A stretch of 54,517 nucleotides of DNA, filler included, from Jimgerdemannia flammicorona (Eukaryota): assembly GCA_003990765.1 (NCBI GenBank). It is 3 parts of 3 records of this genome, joined end to end, with 100 filler letters (N's around TTAATTAATTAA, not from the genome) between each part and the next. Parts side by side here need not be neighbours in the genome. Positions count along the whole stretch, not along the records: positions 1 to 18,109 come from RBNJ01002302.1; positions 18,210 to 36,313 come from RBNJ01002303.1; 1 more part is not named here. The stretch is one strand, 5' to 3'. Of the stretch, positions 12,433 to 25,245 are shown one piece after another. Each line of letters opens with the position of its first letter. The first letter of the stretch is position 1. The translations under genes and the position numbers were made by a program. The notes beneath the pieces are model-generated. The model made no database searches, was not told the DNA's origin, and saw nothing but the letters and a program-made list of their open reading frames with translations.

Positions 12433-13607
12433 GACTCAATGTTCTGCAGATTTTATTAGAAGAAAACCTAGACTATATAGACCAAAACCCTCCCTCACTA
12501 CCCACCAGACATTATTAATCTAGGCTACTAAATTGTCCTATAGTTTTATTATTTTAGCTATATATATCAGATATATCAACTCTCACTATAAAGACTAGAC
12601 TTGTCTATTTACTAGGGTTGGATTATTGTGACTATATATAAGACCACACCTATATATCAGTTCTAGCAATACTGGGACTGAATAAGGAATAGCCCCCTGA
12701 ACTCCAAATAAAGATCTGAGATAAAAAAACCCCCCAATAAGCTAACTGAAAATAGAATAGATTTAAAGTAAGTGAGTAAAGAACTTATATATAGAACTCT
12801 CTTAAAAGAACTGATATATGGGCTAAGGCTTGAAAAAGCCCCACTCCCACTCTTTGAGCCTGTGGGCCTTGATCATATTACTGTATCAGCTCTTAGTTCC
12901 AGTTAGATACTGCCAAATAAGGAAGAACCTACTCCTCAAGTCTGTGGGTCTTAATTGTATTACTGTTTTAGCTCTTGGTTCTAGTTAGATATGTATAGCC
13001 AGGATACCAGCTTCTATACTACCCTACTCTCTACCAGTCAATCAAAAGGCCTCACTGAGATAATACTCATACTAACCCCAATGACCACCCCCAGCCTTAT
13101 ACTCTACTAGTCTACTATTATCATCCTTCCACTTATTTGTAATGATCATCTCTCCTCCTATCCTGACTCTACCTGAAAGGCAGTCACCTACATTAGAACC
13201 ATGCTTGTTGAGAAGCTTACCAAAGCTCAGAGGGCTCTACTATAGCTACTGGAGACCTGTAGATAACCTATACTGACACTTGATACCCAAGGTTGGTCAA
13301 CTCTATATGTAGTCTATGATATACTAAGATAAAATCTTATTGATGATAGTAAAAGAAAGAAAGTACAATATCAAAATAAGTATATCCCAGATATAGCCAA
13401 AGGTACTAGAAACTATGAAAAATTAGAGAAGATACTGATCTGATACTAATAAAGAGGTAACTTATCACTATTACCTCCCTCCTACTGCCCTGCAATAGGT
13501 AAAGCAAACTAATTCAAGATAGAGAGGATACAAGTTGTAAAAAGTAGACTCAGAAGATAGTCTACCAAACCTTGTACCTAGGAAGATAGCAGAGAAACAG
13601 AACTCCT
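12401..13607 (-). mobile_element. Non-autonomous poly(A) retroposon (SINE/HAL1-like), copy 1, subfamily A, inserted in gypsy 2 gag
   Basis: Poly-T at 12401-12428 and minus-strand AATAAA about 22 nt inside. TSD AAGTCTAACAC(TTTT) at 12390-12400 and 13608-13622. Homologous to 34727-35983, 36444-37356 and 53324-54390. Confidence 0.9.
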
Positions 13608-15909
13608 AAGTCTAACACTTTTACTATAGATAGTTTGGACACTATACTACAGAATGTAATAATAGAAAAATTAATCAAAGGGACTCAGAACTACTATATA
13701 AAAAGAATGTAACTTAGTATAAAAAGACTAAAGCTCACTCTATCAAAGTCTTTGAAAAAGAAAGTAATAATAAAGACTATAGTAATCTAGACCTATACCC
13801 AACTAAGGTCATCATCAGAAAACAGTCTACCTAGCTGAGAAAAGAAAGAGATCAGTTAGAAGGCTATTCAGAAATACTACAGAATAATTATCTAAGAAGA
13901 AAATAAAAAAGATAAAGAGGAGCAAGTTGAGATACATCTTAGGTCTCCTTTACCTTTTATCTCTAAAACAAAATAAACTATCACTAGAGAATAAAGAAAT
14001 AGAGCAAGAAGTACAAGAGCCTGTTATTCTAAAGTCCAAAAAGAAGTATATTCTAAAGACTATACCCAGAGACATTTATAATGAAGTCTGGCAAAAGATT
14101 CAAGAAGTTAAGATAAAGTCCCTCTCTTATAGTTTCTATAACTGATATTTGCCAGAGTTCAAAATAAACTATTGAGAACAACCATGTCCAGTACTAGCTA
14201 AGTTTCAATCCTATAATAAGAACTAGGATTACTACTATCCAGACTATAGAAAGATATATTAATATATATCTATATAGAGATATCAGAGAACAGAAGGTGA
14301 AAATTCTCATTGACACTAGAGTTGCTATCTGTATTATTGCTAAATAATTTCTAGATACCCTCTAGTGGCCCATTAATAGACTGTTTAATATTAGTATTAT
14401 AGTAGTAGATTGAGATCAAACTCAACCCCTTGGAGAAGTATAAAATATCACTATCTCTCTTAGATACATTCAGTTCTTTATTCTAAAAGCTATTGTTACC
14501 AAAACTATCATTTATGATATAATTCTTAACACTAACTGGGTTAAGGAAATAAATACAGTTATTGATATTAGTCAATAGATACTCAAATTTGACTATAGTT
14601 AAAAAAAAATTATAGAATCAAGATACATAACTAGCTATATACATATGAGCAATTGAAAAAAAAGAAGAAGATTATTGTTCAAGAAGAGTATATAGTATCA
14701 AAAAATCTATTATAGAGAAAGAAGAAGAATCTGAAGATAGAAATGATCCCAGACTCAACTCATGAATTAACCTAGTAAATAACAGACCAGAAGATAATAT
14801 ATGAATCAAAGATACTATCTCTATCACAATCAAAGCTATTGAAGAATAAGCCAGAGAATATTCTGCTGATCTCAAAAGATATAAGTGTTCTGAATATTTC
14901 TCTAAGATCATTGAAATAAGAATTTACCTAGTAAGCCTACTCTATGTATATAAAAGAAAGAAGAAATATAACCATTCTCTAAAGATATCTATAACTGAAG
15001 TTGTAGTAGTATAAGTAACCTGGGGTCAAGAAATATCTAATAAAGAGACCCCTGAATAAGAAGTCTCCAAATAGGAGAAACTCTCTGAACTTATCTTCTG
15101 AGATAACTTCTGCTAGATACATATCACTAGAAGATAATAATTTCTGGAATACTGAAGAAGGACTAAGCATAGTTATCATTGCTCTAAGATGAGAAATATA
15201 TCAAGAAAGGACCTTTCAGCTAGGAAGATGCCAGCATCAAAAGGTCTTCTGCTCTCTCCAAGACTACTACTATTAGTGCTACTTATTAGATTAATAAGAA
15301 AGATAGAGATATATAGATCAGAATTCTCAACTATAATTATACAGATAACTACTTTTCAAAAAACCACTATAATGTTGAAAAGGCAAGTCAATAGATAAGA
15401 ACACTTTACCTGAACAGAAGTACATACCTTAGTTACTCTTTTTCTAACTTATAATAAGGATAGATATCAATTCTCAAGACAGTAAGAAGTCAATAACTGA
15501 GAACTATATTTTTGGATAATGGAATATTGTAATTATAGAAAAATACAGATTTCTGAGACCATCTATATTAGAAGATTTATCTCCACTAAGATGTTATTAT
15601 TCATATACTAAAAAAAGGAGATAACAGAGCTCATATTCAAAGAAATCAGATCAAGAAACTAAAGAAAAAGACTCTTAAGATCTATGATCTAGAAGATAAT
15701 ATTCTAGCTCTCATTAGATATAAAATCTATCAAGGATAAATAGAAGATACTATCAACTTTATGAAGGCCATAGATTCTCTGGGAAAAAGAGAAATCAATT
15801 ATCTCTAAGATTCCTCTACTGGAGCCAAATGGCTGTATCTTAATCTTAGAGTCTGTAAGCTTATATCTATTAGAGCCTTAGCTTAAGAACAATCCAAACT
15901 CAGTGAAGA

Positions 15910-16320
15910 TATTATCCAGTATATCTTGCTATATCTTAAGACCAAAACTCAAACAAAAGCTCATCAGGAAGATATTGAATATAATCTTTATAGCCTCAGA
16001 GATAAATTGATTAAGCCTGGAAGAAAAATGATACTTAGCACAAGAATAGCTATATAATTACCCAAAGGAACTTATATACAACTGACCTCAAGATCTGGAC
16101 TTGCTAAATAAGGAATAACTATACAAGAAGAAATAATAGATCTGAGAATATAGGTGAAATTAAGATCATTCTAAATAATAGTAGTATAGAGTAGATTCTA
16201 ATCTATAAAGAACAAAAGAGTATATAAGTAATCTTTATAATGGTTGAGACTTCCCAACTATAAGAAGTCTCTAAACTAACTCTAGGCATAAGACAAACTG
16301 AAGAATTTAGAAGCTCTAAT
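15910..16320 (+). pseudogene. Decayed dUTPase domain of gypsy 2
   Basis: Relic motifs DIEYNL (<-DAGYDL), LPKGTY, RSGLA, EEIIDL/EYIGEI and RQTEEFRSS (<-GGFGSS), located between PR and RT. Confidence 0.8.
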
Positions 16321-18000
16321 AAGAAAGAAGTATATCTTCTCCAAATTAAATTCTTTAAGAAGAATGCTCCTTAGTATAAATACTACCAATCAGTCAATAT
16401 ATATATATAAGAACCTCATTCTAGAACCAGGAGAGCAGACTATCTTCGAAATCTTTACACTACCTGATTCTAAAAATCTTCTCTTTGAACTTATTAAGAA
16501 CCTAGATATAAAAGAATATATATTTTCTGATAATATAAACTCTATATGCTCTCAAGTAATAACTATAGTTGAAAAAGTCTCATTCTGCTAAAAGAACTAT
16601 TATAGACTATCTAGTACTCTACTTAATTGAATATATAGTGAAGTTTATAAATAAAACCTATCAAGAAACAGCAGAAGACCTCAGAAGAAAGTAAAGCCTT
16701 CTACTAATATTAGAGAAAAATTGACATTTTAGCAATAGTAGTAACTAGTAGAACTTCTTTATAAATACCAAGATATCTATACTATAGAATATGATAACCT
16801 ACTATATAATCTATTATATAACTAAAGTATAAATATAAAAAATGCAATATCTATCTAACAGAAGTCTTATAAAATACTTTATTACTTAAAGATATTTGAG
16901 AAAGAATATATTTAGAAACTCTTAAATAATAGAATTATCTGACCCTCTATCAGCCTCTAAGCCAGTTCTATATATATTATATTCAAGAAAAAAGAATAAA
17001 TACTCTATATATATTACAGAAAGCTCAACTTAATTATAGAAAAAGATATCTATCTCTTGCTCAGAATCAATGATCTCTTAGACCAATTAGAATATATCAG
17101 ATATTTTAACAGTATAGTTCACTTTGTAGATATTGGAATAGTAACCCAATATATCAATATATAATTATGTTATTTTATTAGTTTAATATCATTCATCAGT
17201 AATATATAAAATATATAACCTGTACAATTTTAATTAAATTGATCTCTTTTATAATAAAGATTATAAGTCTCACTAGTACTAAGTAGCTATAGCAAATATA
17301 TATATATATATACCTCTTTAATTTATACAATAATAAAAATATCAGATAATTAATCTAGTAATACAGATATACCAATTATAAGTATTCTCACAGGTATAAC
17401 CTCAACTGATATAGGAAATACAGTCTCAGTTATAAGTGTAAATATAGCTAAGATATTCATCTCAATCTTTGATAGAAAAGATTATATAATCTGAGCAATC
17501 AATATAATAAATCTCCTTAATAAATATAGCTTAGTAGAGTATATAAAGCTATTAGTCCTGATTTAAGATTATAATACTATAAATAATTACTAAGCATTAT
17601 ATAAGATTGTATTCATATTATCAAATTTAAAAATAAAGCTCATAATATATATTATAATAGTTCATAAGATATGAGAGACTCTATATAATAATCATATATA
17701 AGTATTTATATTAAATTAATTTCATCTGAAATCTTAGCTTTACAATTTATAAATAACATTTAAGAAGAGTATCTACAAATATACCAGTTATATTAATAAT
17801 CTGGTAAATTAAGTGAACTCTTCTAGTATATTTGCAGATTGTATTGATAATAAAGAAAGGTTTATAATACTCACAAGAGGACTTCTAGATATATATAATA
17901 TTATTATTATAGCTATACATGAGAGCAGCAGACTTATAGATTATGTCCATATGATAATAAGCCTTATAAATGAGGAAATGTATTAGGAAATAGTAATAAT

Positions 18001-18109
18001 GGGTTAGGGTTAGGGTTAGGGTTAGGGTTAGGGTTAGGGTTAGGGTTAGGGTTAGGGTTAGGGTTAGGGTTAGGGTTAGGGTTAGGGTTAGGGTTAGGGT
18101 TAGGGTTAG
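18001..18109 (+). repeat. Telomeric repeat (TTAGGG)n, about 18 units, at the right end of contig 1
   Basis: Perfect GGGTTA array running to the contig end, with the G-rich strand oriented 5'->3' toward the end. Confidence 0.95.
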
Positions 18110-18209
18110 NNNNNNNNNNNNNNNNNNNNNNNNNNNNNNNNNNNNNNNNNNNNTTAATTAATTAANNNNNNNNNNNNNNNNNNNNNNNNNNNNNNNNNNN
18201 NNNNNNNNN
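18110..18209. other. Artificial contig linker
   Basis: N44 + TTAATTAATTAA (six-frame stop) + N44. Confidence 0.98.
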
Positions 18210-19465
18210 AATGGGGAGGAGAGGAGGGAAGAAGGCTTCCAGGACTCTTGGCCAGTATATGGACGGGCAAAAAGTGGGGGAAGGCTAGGTCGGAAGAAGA
18301 GAGGCAAGTTTGTGGATTGGGTGGGCAATGGCCATGGACGCAAAAAGGAAAATTCAATTTGGCGACGAGGTCAGGCGGCGATGGCAAACACACCATGTGG
18401 CCTGCACACACCAAATGATGGACCCCGCTGTCAAAAATCGTGCAAACTGGCCCGAATTGCCATTATTGCTGTGTGATGCTAGCACCTAAGACGCCGACGG
18501 AAACAAGCTTCTGGAGCCAGCGATAGTGGCCGCATTAACCTTTTCCTTTTGTTTGCTTGACCTACCGTACCATCGCACATTTCACGTATATACTCATAAC
18601 AACAATAAAAAAAATAAAAAAAAAAGCCTTACCAACCACGATGACTCAACAGCACTGTCCACCTCACCAATTGGGTCGGGAATTCGACCGGATATCCAAT
18701 CCTCACAGAAACGATCCCACTCACGCGACATCAAGAAAATGATACATCGGAGTACGTAATCATGCCAACGTCGGCCTTTCATCCGAGCCACAGCGTACAT
18801 GGGTATATACGTGGGTGGCGCCGAGGTCCGTGCCAGCATGATCAGCATATCTTAGGATCTGTTTTTCCGGGTATCACGGAGGCAGGGAGGGAGGAAGCGC
18901 GTGACAGATCGACGCTCACAGATTACGAACGCTGAGCGCTGGGCTAGCCATCCCTGACGCACGCTCGCGTGCGGGCGAGCCGTAAGGGTGGGCCGTGTTG
19001 GAAACGTACAAAGATGCCGTGTTGGGCGTGTCATGGCGCCGCACAAGTGTCCGGATATGGCGCGGCATTTCGGCACTGGTCAATGCACGCGAGTTAGGCA
19101 GTGGGGCGCTTCAAACGTGGAGAGTTATGGTTGTTTGGGGTGTATCTAATTACAATCTAAGGTGGCCGATCAAATTACAACCGATCAAGTTCGCTGTAAT
19201 ATGCAATTCGGATGACAAACGAGTAACGCGCGGTCGCGCAGTCGCCCCGTCGACGGTGTTTCCAATCGGAGGGGGAATCTGTGCTTGTCTTTGTGGTGGT
19301 AAAGTAATGCTTCCATAAGGCTTTTTTGTACGACACGCACGATACGCACATGTATTGTGCTGCGGAGGGGCGTCGTGCGGTCACATGAGGCGAGTTCTCT
19401 AAATTGGCTCCCCTGTTCGGCGTCTGTCAACTCGCCGACATGCCTCGCACCGCCCAAGCGCAACA

Positions 19466-22400
19466 ATGCTGACCCAACAACCCCCTCCCACCCAAGAGCA
19501 CCAGTCTCTACCGCCGCCGCTGCGCGACGAGAGCGAGGTTGTCTCGCGCCACCGCGCCGACGACGACCACCCGACCGCCGACGCTGAGGAGAAACTGCAC
19601 GGGAACGCCCAGTCGAAGTCCGCCGTTGGGCCAATCCTGCAACCAAAACGCCGCCCCCCACCCATCCACACCCAGAAGCCCCCGTTCACTTACCATCCAG
19701 AGTACATCCCCGTCAAGGGCATCCTCAAACCCGCCCCTCCGCCCCCGCAGCGCACATCATGGTTCACATCTCTTGGTTCCCTCAACACTCGCCTCGGGAA
19801 CGCGATCAGCAACGCATACCCTGTCGCGCCGTCGCCGACAGAGCCAAAGAAGGCTCCGTTCGATGCCACTGCTGCGGCTGCCCAGCGCAGCGCCGTCGCG
19901 GGCTCGTTCAGCACCTTCAAGAAAATCATGAACACACAGGTCCGTCCGAGCCCATTGTCACCCTCCAATAACACATTCCCGTCCCGCCCATCCCTAGGCG
20001 ATCCGGACGACGACGCGCGTCCGCTCGAGTCCCCGCTCCTCTCCCCCGTACAATCAGACCACCCTCCCATCGAGGTGGGTGCAGACTCACATCAGCACGG
20101 CGGTGCGCAACCACCGTCGCCCACCCAGCTGCTGCACCCGAGCACTCTCAAGCGCGTCCGGTTCTCTGTTGGCAAGCTCACGACGGAGTATTACCCCTAT
20201 GCCGCAGTCGCGACTACGGCTGCGGAGGCAGATTCTAACGCGGAGCCTGAGCTCGTCCCCGCGGAGGGAGGGGTCGTTGGCGACGCTGAGGCGAATGACG
20301 TGACTCACATCGACGTGGGTGAGATCGCACCTCCCTCGACGCCGACGACCCCCACAACGCCTGTCGCCGAGGCGGAGAGTGTGGAGGAGAACATAGACCT
20401 AGAGGAAGTGCGGAAAGTGTATTCGGCTAGGGAAGTCATGCAATATTATCTGACGGCGTGTAAGAATAGGGAGGAGTTTCCGTTGGAGAGACTGATGGAG
20501 ATCATGCGCGTGAGTTTTTTTTTTTTTTTTTTTTGGCGTGTTTCATAGTATTGGGGTATGGGATTTGAATTTGGGAGGCCGACGATGAGGAAGATCGAGC
20601 GACGTGAGTTATTAGTCGCACTTTCGCATTCGTTTATTCTTTCTTACATCCACTTGGTTAATATCTGTTTACCCGATACCCATTATCGCGACCGACCAAC
20701 ACAAATATTTGATATGTCATCCTTCTCTTCAGCATTACCAAGGCGTAGAGCTTCTCGAAACGATTGACCTCTCCAATGACATCATCGATCGCAAGCTCAC
20801 GGAACCGCTAGCGGACGTGCTGACGCTTGAGTGCGGGTTACAAAGGTTGGTGCTGGAGAACTGCGGATTGGAGGACGATGTGAGCAAACTTTTTTCTTTT
20901 TCATCTTCTTTTGGTGATACTTGAGAGTTGTGTTCATATTTCTTTCGTGTCTTTGTGCATGCTTTCAAAAAGACCCTCAAAGTACTGCTACATAGCTTGC
21001 TCGTCACGGATTCGTTACCACACTTGAGCTTGGCGAATAATAAGAAAATCAAGGCGAATGGGTTCAAGTATATTGCGGTGTACATCAAGAAGGTATCCTC
21101 CTCCCCTCCCCCCCCCCCGTCTTCCCGTCGATCCCAAAATGTCGCAATGAACACCGTATCCTTCTCACACCCACTTTCCCCACCTCTCCCTCTCCCCAGT
21201 CCGCCTCCCTCAAATACCTCAATATAGCCAACACGCTCCCAGACAAAAAAGCAGCACAATACCTCTCCCAATCCCTGACCCCCTCAACCACAACACACCA
21301 CTCGACCTCGCTCGAAACGCTGATCTTGGACTCATGCCAGCTCAAGACCCCGCTTCTGGAACTTCTGGCCCCGGGGATCCGTCGCTCGAGTCTACGTATT
21401 CTCTCGCTCCGCAATAACAAGATAAACCATCTGGGCGCGCTCTGGATCGGTGTTATCCTGCGTGATTACGAAGACGCTGACACCGTCACGTCCCCCGGCG
21501 GGGCCGCAAGCGGCGTTGGTGGTGGACCAGGGATGACCAGACCTGGACAGGAGGAGGATAGGTTGAAGGGGAGGACGTGGAAGGACGGGCTACAGGTGCT
21601 GGATTTAAGGTCTAATGAAATCCGTACCGGGATGCAGTATATTGCGCAGAGCTTGAGGAGGAATAGGAGCCTTAGGGAGTTGAAGGCCGCGGATTGTAAG
21701 ATCGATGGGAAAGGGTGCGTCGCAGTTGGAGATGCGTTGGTAAGTGGCGGTTTTTTGGTGGGGAGGGCGTGGGGGGAGGGAGGGTGTGGGGGGGAGGAGC
21801 ATTTTGGGCGGAGGGCAATTGGTAGTAGGGACTAGAAGGAAGGAATTTATATTGTAAGGGTGGGTGGTTGAGCGCTATGAGGTCGGTGGTGGCTTGCTCA
21901 CTTCACCGGAAGCGCAACCTGTTGCATTACTTCGATCGAACACGATTAACTCCATCCTCCCTCTTGAACTCCATCAGAGATTCAACCAAAATTTGGACCG
22001 CCTCGATCTCAGCCGGAACCAGTTGTGCGTGCCGAACGTAGACGGGGTGCGTTGGCGTGCGCTTTTCTGTTACTTGTTTCAGCAATAAGCGGAGGCTTTG
22101 TTACCAATCACTGTGATTCTCATACCCCCACTCACCCCGGCACAGATCAATGCCATCAAGACGGCCCTGTTCCAGAACCGCTCACTCAAGGAGCTGGTAC
22201 TGGCCGAAACGGGCTTGACATCTGAAGGTCGGTTATTTTCTTCCTCGACATTTCCCCTATTCTTCATTTGTTCATCGTCCTTCGCTGCCATTGAAATGCC
22301 GCATCAAACCACGCTCACCCCTTCGACCCTCCCTGCTCTTCCATCAGGCGCCATCGCCCTGGCCGAGTGTCTGCCCGAGAACAAGGCGCTGGTCCGCCTC

Positions 22401-24240
22401 GACCTGTCGTCTAACCCGGGCATCGACATCGCGGGTGTCATGGCCCTGTCTGTCTCCATCAAAATGAACCATACTTTGACTTATCTGGACGTGAACGTGC
22501 CGGTGTGTGGTCATTCACTTTGTTGCAATGCGTGGGGTCTTTGTGGAATATAGTCATCGAAGCAAGCTAAACCCAACTCACCCATCTTACAACCCCTAGC
22601 CTAATGACGTTGAGCTAGCGCGGCTCTCGCGCGAGATTGTTAGCACATGCACGCGCAACACCGAAGGCAGCTTCCGCTCTGAACGCCGCACGGTAGACAT
22701 AAATAGGATTCCGTCACAGACCTCGTCGACGGCCACACTGGACTTGAGCCAGCCGCGCACCTTCACCCCACCGCCTGCAAATCCGCCCAACCAACGCCTC
22801 TCGCTTCAGGAGCGCCTCGCTGCCGCCACCAAGGGCGCAAAAGGTCAGGGACAGACACAGAGACCCAGCGCCGCCTCCGCTTCCGTATCCACCATAAGGG
22901 GACCCGAGCCCGCGACTCCGGTCGTCGCTGCTGAGATTAGGAGGGAACTCGTTCAGAGTAGGGAGGCCGTTTCCGTGTTGAGGGAGGTACTGGAAGCAGA
23001 GAATGCGAGGAAAACCAAGGAGGAGAACGAGGGCAGGGGCGCTAAGACGCCGCCAGGGGAGGTCGTTGCGGTAGGTTGAGGGTAGGGCGCGGTGGAAAAT
23101 GAGTTGGATTTGGATTTGGGCAAGCGCTGATTGAGGTTTTTTGTTTTTTGTTTTTTTTGTGTGTGTTGTTTGCGGTTGGGTTTTTAGGAACTGTATTCAC
23201 AGTGCCAGCGGTGCCAGGCGCCGTTGTTGGCGAATATTTCGAGGGTATCGGATGAGCATCTGCTGGGTATGTTTGTTTTCAATGTTCGTTGGTTTGGTCA
23301 TATTTTTTTTTTGAAAGACACATATATATCCCTCAATGGGACTCATATACATAGTACTTAAAAATCATTTCATGAACTACTCATCCCACATTATAAAGAG
23401 GATCTCCTCGCCGTAAACGACGAACTGACCTCCCTCCTGCAGGTTTACGAAGACATGTACGACACGTCTCTCCCCCCGATCCCCGACGCCCCCTCCGAGC
23501 GCCCCTCGACCCTCGCCGATGTCCCCCCGGCAGCCGCCGAGACCCCCGTACCCACCACGACCACTCCCGCGACGCTCCCCTCTCCCGGTATCGAGATTTC
23601 GCAGCCAACCTTCTCGATCGGCGACGACGAAGATGATGACGACAACCTCCCGCTGCGCCGTCCAGCTTCCCTCACCCGCCCTCTCCTGCCGCCGTTGCTG
23701 GCCGACAACTCCCTAGCACCTCAAGACGGGGCAGTCCCACGGAGTCCGCTTGAAGAGCTGAGGAAAGAGAAGGAGGAGGAGGAGGGCGTGATGTTAAGGA
23801 AGGCGAAGGAGGTCGTTACGCAGGAGCTGATGGCCACCGATGATGAGGAGAATGGGGGCGTCGATTTGTTCGTTGATGCAGAGGATGAAGATGAGGGGGA
23901 GATGAATAACGAGGTGGTTACCCCGGGGTTGTTGGCCGTTGAGGCGCCCGTGAGGGGAAGACTTGGGTCTATTGATGCATCGGGAGAGGAGTTGAAGACA
24001 CAGGTGGGTGTGGGGTTGTGCTGATGGGGGGTGGGGTTATTTGTGAGTGACTTGAAGGGTTGGAAGGCCGTGCTGATAGGGGTGGGGGTGGTTTTGAAGG
24101 GTTGGAAATATGATATTGTATGGGGAGATTAATTTGTATATCATTAATCGTCCCGCCCTCTCGCCACGCTGTAGATCCTGGACCAGTTCAACATTTCGCC
24201 GTCGTCGTCATCGTCGAGACGGCCCAGCGCACAAGCATGA
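19466..24240 (+). CDS. Multi-exon RNI-like leucine-rich-repeat protein, probable PP1 regulatory subunit (PPP1R37/Mhp1-like)
   Basis: KGILK and KRVRF PP1-docking motifs in exon 1 (19466-20509). LRR exons include LETIDLS, LRILSLRNNKI, LQVLDLRSNEI and LVRLDLSSN. GT-AG introns include 20510-20732 and 20880-20972. The last exon 24175-24240 ends in TGA. Confidence 0.8.
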
Positions 24241-24466
24241 GAGTGACATCGTGAAGTATATAGAGGCCGACAGTAGATCAGTAAAATGATACCCATCTTG
24301 TAAGTAAGTGTATTTTATCAACTGCTCATAGATCGCATCTTTGCATCAAGTTTCGCATGAACACCTCTAATCCATCGTCCTTCTGTTTTATGTAAATCAC
24401 GATGCAATAGAATAACATGCGTCCATCCCGTTTTATTTTTACACACATTTTCTCCCTCCCCCGCCC

Positions 24467-24557
<91 letters not shown>

Positions 24558-25070
24558 TTTTTTCTTTTCCCCCTTTTTTTTTTTTTTTTTCTCCTTGTCT
24601 TTCTCCGGGGTTTCACTTTATTGTTTGCGTTTATGCCCTATTCAAATCCCGAAATTCAAATGGAAATCGCATCTTCATCTCGTCCCGTTATATCAGCATA
24701 TTGAAATTTTGTGGGAAAGAATGTCAAATTGTTGAATGAATGAATCTCGCCGTCGATTTTCCTCGGAAACAAAATGAAGGGGATTTTGGCAAAAATCATG
24801 TGTTATGATTGTTGTGATTGCATATATACACATGTGGTCTTGCCTTTGTTTGGCCAAGTCGTCGATGACATCAATATGATAACGGTACCTGACATACAAC
24901 CCACGTTGATCACAAATAGGAATGCAGTCACGCAGTCACCTATCACGATCCATGTATGGAGTGTGCTCCGCCCTAATTTCCTAATGATAGGTAAAGTACA
25001 CCTATCTTGGCGATTGACTCCAAAGCGGCGTTGCATCAAAGAATGGTGTCGGCGATCGCATATCTGGGGT

Positions 25071-25171
25071 GTCACGTCGGAGTCCGTATCGTCGTCACAT
25101 GGGGGAGCGATCGATTGGTGCCTGGTGTGACGTGTGCCCCACGTGGGGCATCAGGCCTCTCGGAACGTGAC
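25071..25171. promoter_or_regulatory. E-box/CLEAR-like motif cluster upstream of the PQ-loop gene
   Basis: GTCACGT 25071, GTCACATG 25094, GTGACGT 25127, the perfect palindrome TGCCCCACGTGGGGCA at 25135-25150, and ACGTGAC 25165. Confidence 0.4.
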
Positions 25172-25245
25172 CTGAACCTTTTTCAGCCTTTATCTCCAGG
25201 TTCCGAGCTTTGGCTTTTATCTGCTCAAGAATCACTACGAGCAAT

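Larger units (their letters stand above)
10000..17140 (+). mobile_element. Highly decayed Ty3/gypsy element 2 (5' LTR, PBS, gag, PR, dUTPase, truncated RT); left boundary approximate
   Basis: The LTR to 10956 is homologous to 51720-52888 and 52889-53220. It is followed by tgtaggcttaactagaa, a decayed version of the tRNA-Pro type PBS TGGGGGCTCG.CCGGGA. Zn-knuckle relic at ~13610-13657, protease ILIDT(R<-G) at 14312, and RT relic YRKLN...YLLLRINDLLDQL at 17010-17100. Confidence 0.85.

Noticed and set aside
17820..17990. TRGLLDI...DYVH reading resembling a telomere-linked or DEAD-box helicase
   Set aside because: The flanking helicase motifs are missing and the sequence is too decayed to assign.
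18110..18209. TTAATTAATTAA palindrome within N runs (also 36314-36413), and apparent linkage between the three segments
   Set aside because: This is an artificial linker between contigs of near-equal length. Neighbourhood across it (for example telomere next to the LRR gene, or Raptor near the PQ-loop gene) has no biological meaning.
24326..24704. Poly-Lys and poly-Phe ORFs (also 30014-30342, 34582-34812)
   Set aside because: These are translations of homopolymer tracts, and partly low-quality sequence.
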